Assembly (NCBI GenBank): GCA_024679065.1
Contig: JAGIQG010000011.1
Coordinates: forward strand, 39,680,001-39,744,000
Origin: Sphyrna mokarran
Taxonomy: Eukaryota
Direction of reading: 5' to 3'
Length of the DNA stretch: 64,000 nucleotides
Positions 56,401 through 62,400 of this stretch are shown here, piece after piece (positions within the stretch are counted from its first letter, which is position 1; each line of letters begins with the position of its first letter). Position numbers and translations under genes: made by a program. Below the pieces are notes generated by a model. It saw only the letters and a program-made list of their open reading frames with translations, made no database searches and had not been told where the DNA came from.

Positions 56401-59400
56401 AATGGAGTTTTCTCTCACTCTCTTCAGGCAATACCAAGAGACCTAAAATAATATTGCTCAGATTTTGTTTTACTGTATTTATAGATTCCCTGTCCCCTTT
56501 AAATAGGATTTCTCCTTTTGTAGTGCTACAGTAGGTGTGCTGTTGTAGCAATGCTGCATTTCCCCCAATGGTAACATCAGGCTCCCTCATTATACTCAGA
56601 GCTCACCTTACTTAGATAAACAGCAATGGCCCTGAAAAGCTGATCGGAGTCATGACAGGGTCAAATGACAGTTGGAAATACTTCTTGACTCTTCTCTGGG
56701 AGAATTTATCTTGAAGAAAAATCCTGGCATGTGCCTCTTTGCTGGTTATAGTTTCAGGGCTAACTGAGCATTTTCCAGTAGTTTACCCAACTAGTTAGAA
56801 TGTGAATGTGTGAGTCCCACAAATCATTTGAACCCAAATTACTTCAACCCATCTTTAACAAGCATTATTGTGCAGCAATCAAGGAGGGAGTCCCAGACCC
56901 AAGCCTAAGTGTGTTGTGGCCAAATGCGGCAGCCACATCAACAAACATATCCAATGTAATAAAAACCACGGATCAAATCTCAACTTTCTCAATTGCCTCA
57001 ATTACTCACAATTTAAAATCGCTCACATATCATTAAACTTCATAACCAATTATACTGAAAGTTCTTAATTTGTTTTATTCTGTAGAACCACCTGGCAAGC
57101 CACAGAATCCAAGAGTTACAGACACAACAAGAACATCTGTATCCATTGCCTGGAGTCCACCAGAAGAGGAGGGAGGTTCCAAGGTCTCAGGCTACCTTAT
57201 TGAGATGCAGAAGGTTGACCAGTATGAATGGACTAAATGCAATACTACTCCAACAAAAATATGTGAATACACACTGACTCACATGCCACAGGGAGCTGAA
57301 TACAGGTTCCGTGTTATCGCAGTTAATGCTGGTGGTCCTGGTGAGCCAGCTGATGTGCCAGGAACTGTTAAAGTCACTGAAATGTTAGGTGAGAAATGCT
57401 AACATTGCTGCCATTTGTGACATGTCATGCGTGTAATGTTATGCTATGCCAAATTTAGGTTCTGCTATGGATCCATTAATTAACCAAGTCCATTGAATTG
57501 TACAGTGCAAATTCACAGTTGTCAGCCATCCAAAACTGTCCAACATAACCTGAAAAGAAACCTCACCTACAATGCACTCACTCCAAAAAAAGTTCTATTT
57601 TCTTATTAGAAAATCAGGGTATACAATTGCTGAAATGGCTAGATAAGGGAATCTTCAACTTCAATGATACTCATTAGACATAAATACAAAGGCTTCTATA
57701 TGTCATTTTTCATCCATCAATGGTTGATCCCTCAATGATGAAAGTAGAGAGGAGCCAGTACATTTACAGTCAGGCATGCACTAACAATGATATTGCCCAA
57801 ATCAGGCATGAATTAGCCCAAGTTATAAATAAGAGTCATAGACGTTAACAGCGTGAAAACAGGCCTTTTGGTCCAACTTGTCCATGCCACCCTTTATTTT
57901 AAAACCTTCTAAGCTAATCCCAATTGCCCGCATTTGGCCCATATCCCTCTATACCCATTGTACCCATGTAACTATCTAAATGCTTTTTAAAAGATAAAAT
58001 TGTACCTGCCTCTACTATTACTCTGGCAGCTTGTTCCAGACACTCACCACCTTCTGTGTGAAAAAATTGCCCCTCTGGACACTTTTGTATATCTCCCCTC
58101 TCACCTTAAACCTATGGCCTCTGGTTTTAGACTCCCCTACCTTTGGGAAAAGATATTGACTATCTACCTTGTCTATGACCCTTATTATTTTATAGAGCTC
58201 TATAAGGTCACCCCTCAGCCTCTTATGCTCCAGAGAAAAAAGTCCCAGTATATTCAGCCTCTCCTTATAATTCAATCCATCAAATCCTGATAGCTTTCTA
58301 GTAAATCTCTTCTGCACTCTTTCTAGTTTAACAACATCCTTACAATAATAGGATAACCAGAATTGCACACAGTATTCCAAGTGTGGCCTTACCAATAGCT
58401 TGTACAACTTCAACAAGACGTCCCAACTCCTGTATTCAATGTTCTGACCAATGAAACCAAGCATGCCGTATGCCTTCTTCACTACTCTGTCCATCTGTGA
58501 CTCCACTTTCAAGGAGCCATGAACATGTATCCCTAGATCTCTTTGTTTTGTAACTCTCCCCAACACCCTACCATTAACTGAGTAAGGCCTGCCCTGGTTC
58601 AATCTACCTAAATGCATCACCTCACATTTGTCTAAATTAAACCCTATCTGTCATTCGTCAGCCCTCTGACCCAATTGATCCAGAGCTATCACATTTTTCT
58701 CGCACTTGTTTTATGATATGGGTAAACTAATTTTTGAGATGTCACCAATATATGATTTGGGATCTTTTTTATTAAAGTTGGTTTTCTGTTTTTTTTTTCC
58801 AGAATATCCTGATTATGAACTTGACCAACAATATCTTGAGGGTCTGATTGTAAGACAAGGTGGAGTGATCAGATTAACAGTACCCATAAAAGGAAAACCT
58901 ATTCCCATTTGTAAATGGACAAAGGAAGGTCATGATATTAGCATGCGTGCAATGATTGCAACTTCTGATACCCACACTGAACTTGTAATAAAGGAAGCAG
59001 ACAGAGCTGATTCAGGCACTTACGACTTGGTTCTAGAAAATAAATGTGGCAAAAAGACAGTATACATTAAGGTGAAAGTGATTGGAAATCCAGATCCTCC
59101 ACAAGGACCACTTGAATTTGATGACATTCAAGCACGTTCTGTCAGAGTATGTTGGAGGCCTCCTGCTGATGATGGTGGATCTGATATCATTGGGTATATC
59201 ATTGAGAGACGTGAGGTACCCAAAGCTGCCTGGTACACTGTTGATGCCAGAGTAAAGGAGTGTTCCGCTGTTGTTAAAGGCCTGAAGGAAAATGTGGAAT
59301 ATCACTTCCGTGTTTCTAGTGAAAACCAATTTGGCATTAGCAAACCTCTAAAATCAGAAGAGCCAGTTGTACCAAAGACACCACTAAGTAAGTAAAACAT

Positions 59401-62400
59401 TGTTAATTGTAGCCTTAAGCAAAGACTACATTATCTTACCTTTCGCATTTAATTAATTTTTCATATATTGTAGCTAATTCATTGATGTCATTCTAGATCC
59501 ACCAGAGCCTCCAAGCAATCCACCGGAAATACTGGATGTCACGAAGAGTTCTGTCAGTCTCTGCTGGTCAAGGCCAAGGGATGATGGTGGCTCACGTGTT
59601 ACTGGCTACTTTATTGAACGTAAAGAGTCTACCACAGACAAATGGGTGCAACAAAACAAGACCCGTATTACCACAACAATGTATACCATTGCTGGCCTTG
59701 TTCCAGATGCTGAGTATCAATTCCGTATTCTGGCAGAGAATGAGATAGGCCTTAGTGATCCAAGCCCACCATCCGATTCCATCCAATGCAAGGATCCTTT
59801 CGGTAAGTTTTATTGAATCTACGTAAGTTCACTGTATGAATGTGCAATTTTAAAGTAAGATTCCAATAGCAATGCAACTGTTGTACCTTAGAAAGGTGCT
59901 TTACTATCAATTTAATCACATTAAAAGTTAATATAATTCAAAAAATTATATTTCACAGATAAACCAAGCCAACCTGGAGAGATTGAGATTACTTCTGTCA
60001 TGAAGGATAGCATCACTATAGAATGGGAACGTCCTGAATGTGATGGTGGCAAGGAGATTATTGGTTATTGGGTTGAATATCGTCAATCTGGTGACAGTGC
60101 ATGGAAGAAATGTAACAAGGAAAGAATAAAGGACAAGCACTTCACACAGGGAGGTCTTCTGGAAGCCACAGAATATGAATTTAGAGTCTTTGCAGAGAAT
60201 GAGACTGGTGTCGGCAGACCCCGTAGAACCATAATGGCAATCAAGACTAAATTGACTTGTATGTACTTCAGTTTTGTGTTTTAATTTAAATTAATGCTTT
60301 TGTGTTGTTATAAATTACTCCTGTTCATGCTTCTTTTATCTTATCAACAGCTGGAGAAGAACCATGTGTTAAGCAAGAGATTGCTGAGGTTACTGCTAAA
60401 CTAGGCGAATCAGCCACATTGACCTGTCAGATTATTGGTAGACCACTTCCTGAAATTACATGGTATCATTTTGGAAAGGAATTGCATCAAAGTCGGAAGT
60501 ACAAAATGAGTTCAGATGGACGTAATCATTCAATTACCATTGCAACAGAAGATCAGGAAGATGAAGGTTTATATATATGCAAGGCTACTAATGATGTTGG
60601 AGAAACAGAGATCAGTGGTAAAGTATTGCTCGAGGCTCCTCCACAATTTCACCCTGCGTACCCATTGAAAGAGCAATACCTCGTAGGTGTTGGTACCAGT
60701 CTTCGCATCCATATTGTATATATTGGGCGGCCTGTGCCTGCTATTCGCTGGTTCCATGGAAAAAAACCCTTGACAGATTCAGATAATGTTTCCATAGAAA
60801 ACACAGAGCACTATACTCACCTCGTAGTGAGAAATGTTCAACGGAGGAACCATGCTGGAAAATATAAGGTGCAGCTGAGCAATGCATTTGGAGCAGTTGA
60901 AACAACATTCAGTGTGGAAATCCAAGGTAATCTATGGTTAGTTTTATTGAGTTACTGCCAGATAATTTCACTTAAACAGTACATCTAATATTATTTACAT
61001 TTGCATATAGATAAACCAGCTATGCCAGAAGGACCAATAGTAATTGATGCTTTGCTGAAGAATTCTGCTGTAATCAGTTGGAAACCACCACTTGATGATG
61101 GAGGTGCATTAATTACCAACTACATTGTGGAAAAATGTGAAGCCAAGGAAGGTGAAAAATGGCATCTAGTATCATCCTCTATTGCAAGCACATCTTGTAG
61201 AATTTTGCACCTCATTGACAATGCTGGCTACTATTTCCGTGTTTCTGCTCAAAATCAGTTTGGAGTCAGTGAACCATTAGAAGTTTCCTCTGTTGTCATA
61301 ATCAAGAGTCCATTTGGTAAGTATCTACATAAATTAATTTGTTACTTGCCTATCATCTTGCTATATTTTGAATTCTAATATGTATATTGTTTTTCCTCCT
61401 TATAGAGAAACCTGGGCCACCAGTCAAACCTGTTGTAAGTGCAGTCACAAAGAACTCCTGTGTGGTTTCATGGAAACCACCTGCCAGTGATGGTGGTGCA
61501 AAGATTAAAAATTATTACCTTGAAAAACGGGAGAAGAAACAGAATAAATGGATTGCTGTAACAACCAATGAAATACATGAAACAGTCTACTCTGTGAAAG
61601 GCCTCATTGAGGGCTTGGAGTATGATTTCCGTGTCAAATGTGAAAATCTTGGTGGTGAGAGTGACTGGAGTGAAGTGTCTGATCCTGTTGTTCCAATGTC
61701 TGATGTACCCATCATGGCCCCGAAGTTCAAAGAAGAAATACGCAACTTGAGTGTGAAATATAAGGGGAATGCCACTTTTGTTTGCAAGATCATTGGTAAT
61801 CCTAAACCTGTTGTAAAATGGTTTAAACAAGGAAAGGAAATTGAGCCTGATGGTGAAAAGGTGAAGATCCAGGAATTTAAAGGAGGATACCACCAATTGG
61901 TGATTACTGGTGTCACAGGAGATGATGCCTCTGTGTATCAGGTCCGAGCAGTTAATCAAGGAGGCTCCATTTCATCAACGGTCTCTTTGGATGTTGACGG
62001 TATGTATCATGTACCAATTATGTTATATAATAATAAGGGGGTGTAATTGGTCTTGGGAGTCGTGCAAAATGGGTGAATCAACAGCTCATTTTACAAGCCA
62101 TTCAATTTTCTTTTACATCAGTTTATCTTTTCATTGAAGTCATTGGAAAAAATCAGTTAGATGGGGTGAAAAACAAGCTGTTTATACACTATTTCCCATT
62201 TGTTCCCGAGACCAACTTTACCCATGCTAAGTTCATTGTTTTACATTAACTTGCTGCCTTCAAATATTTATTTTTACTTCTAAAACTTTTTTTTTTTTGT
62301 TTCCAGTTCCTGCCCAGATTCATCTACCCAAACAACTGGAAGGCATGGGTGCAGTTCACGCTCTCCGTGGTGAAATAATAAGCATTAAAATTCCTTTCAG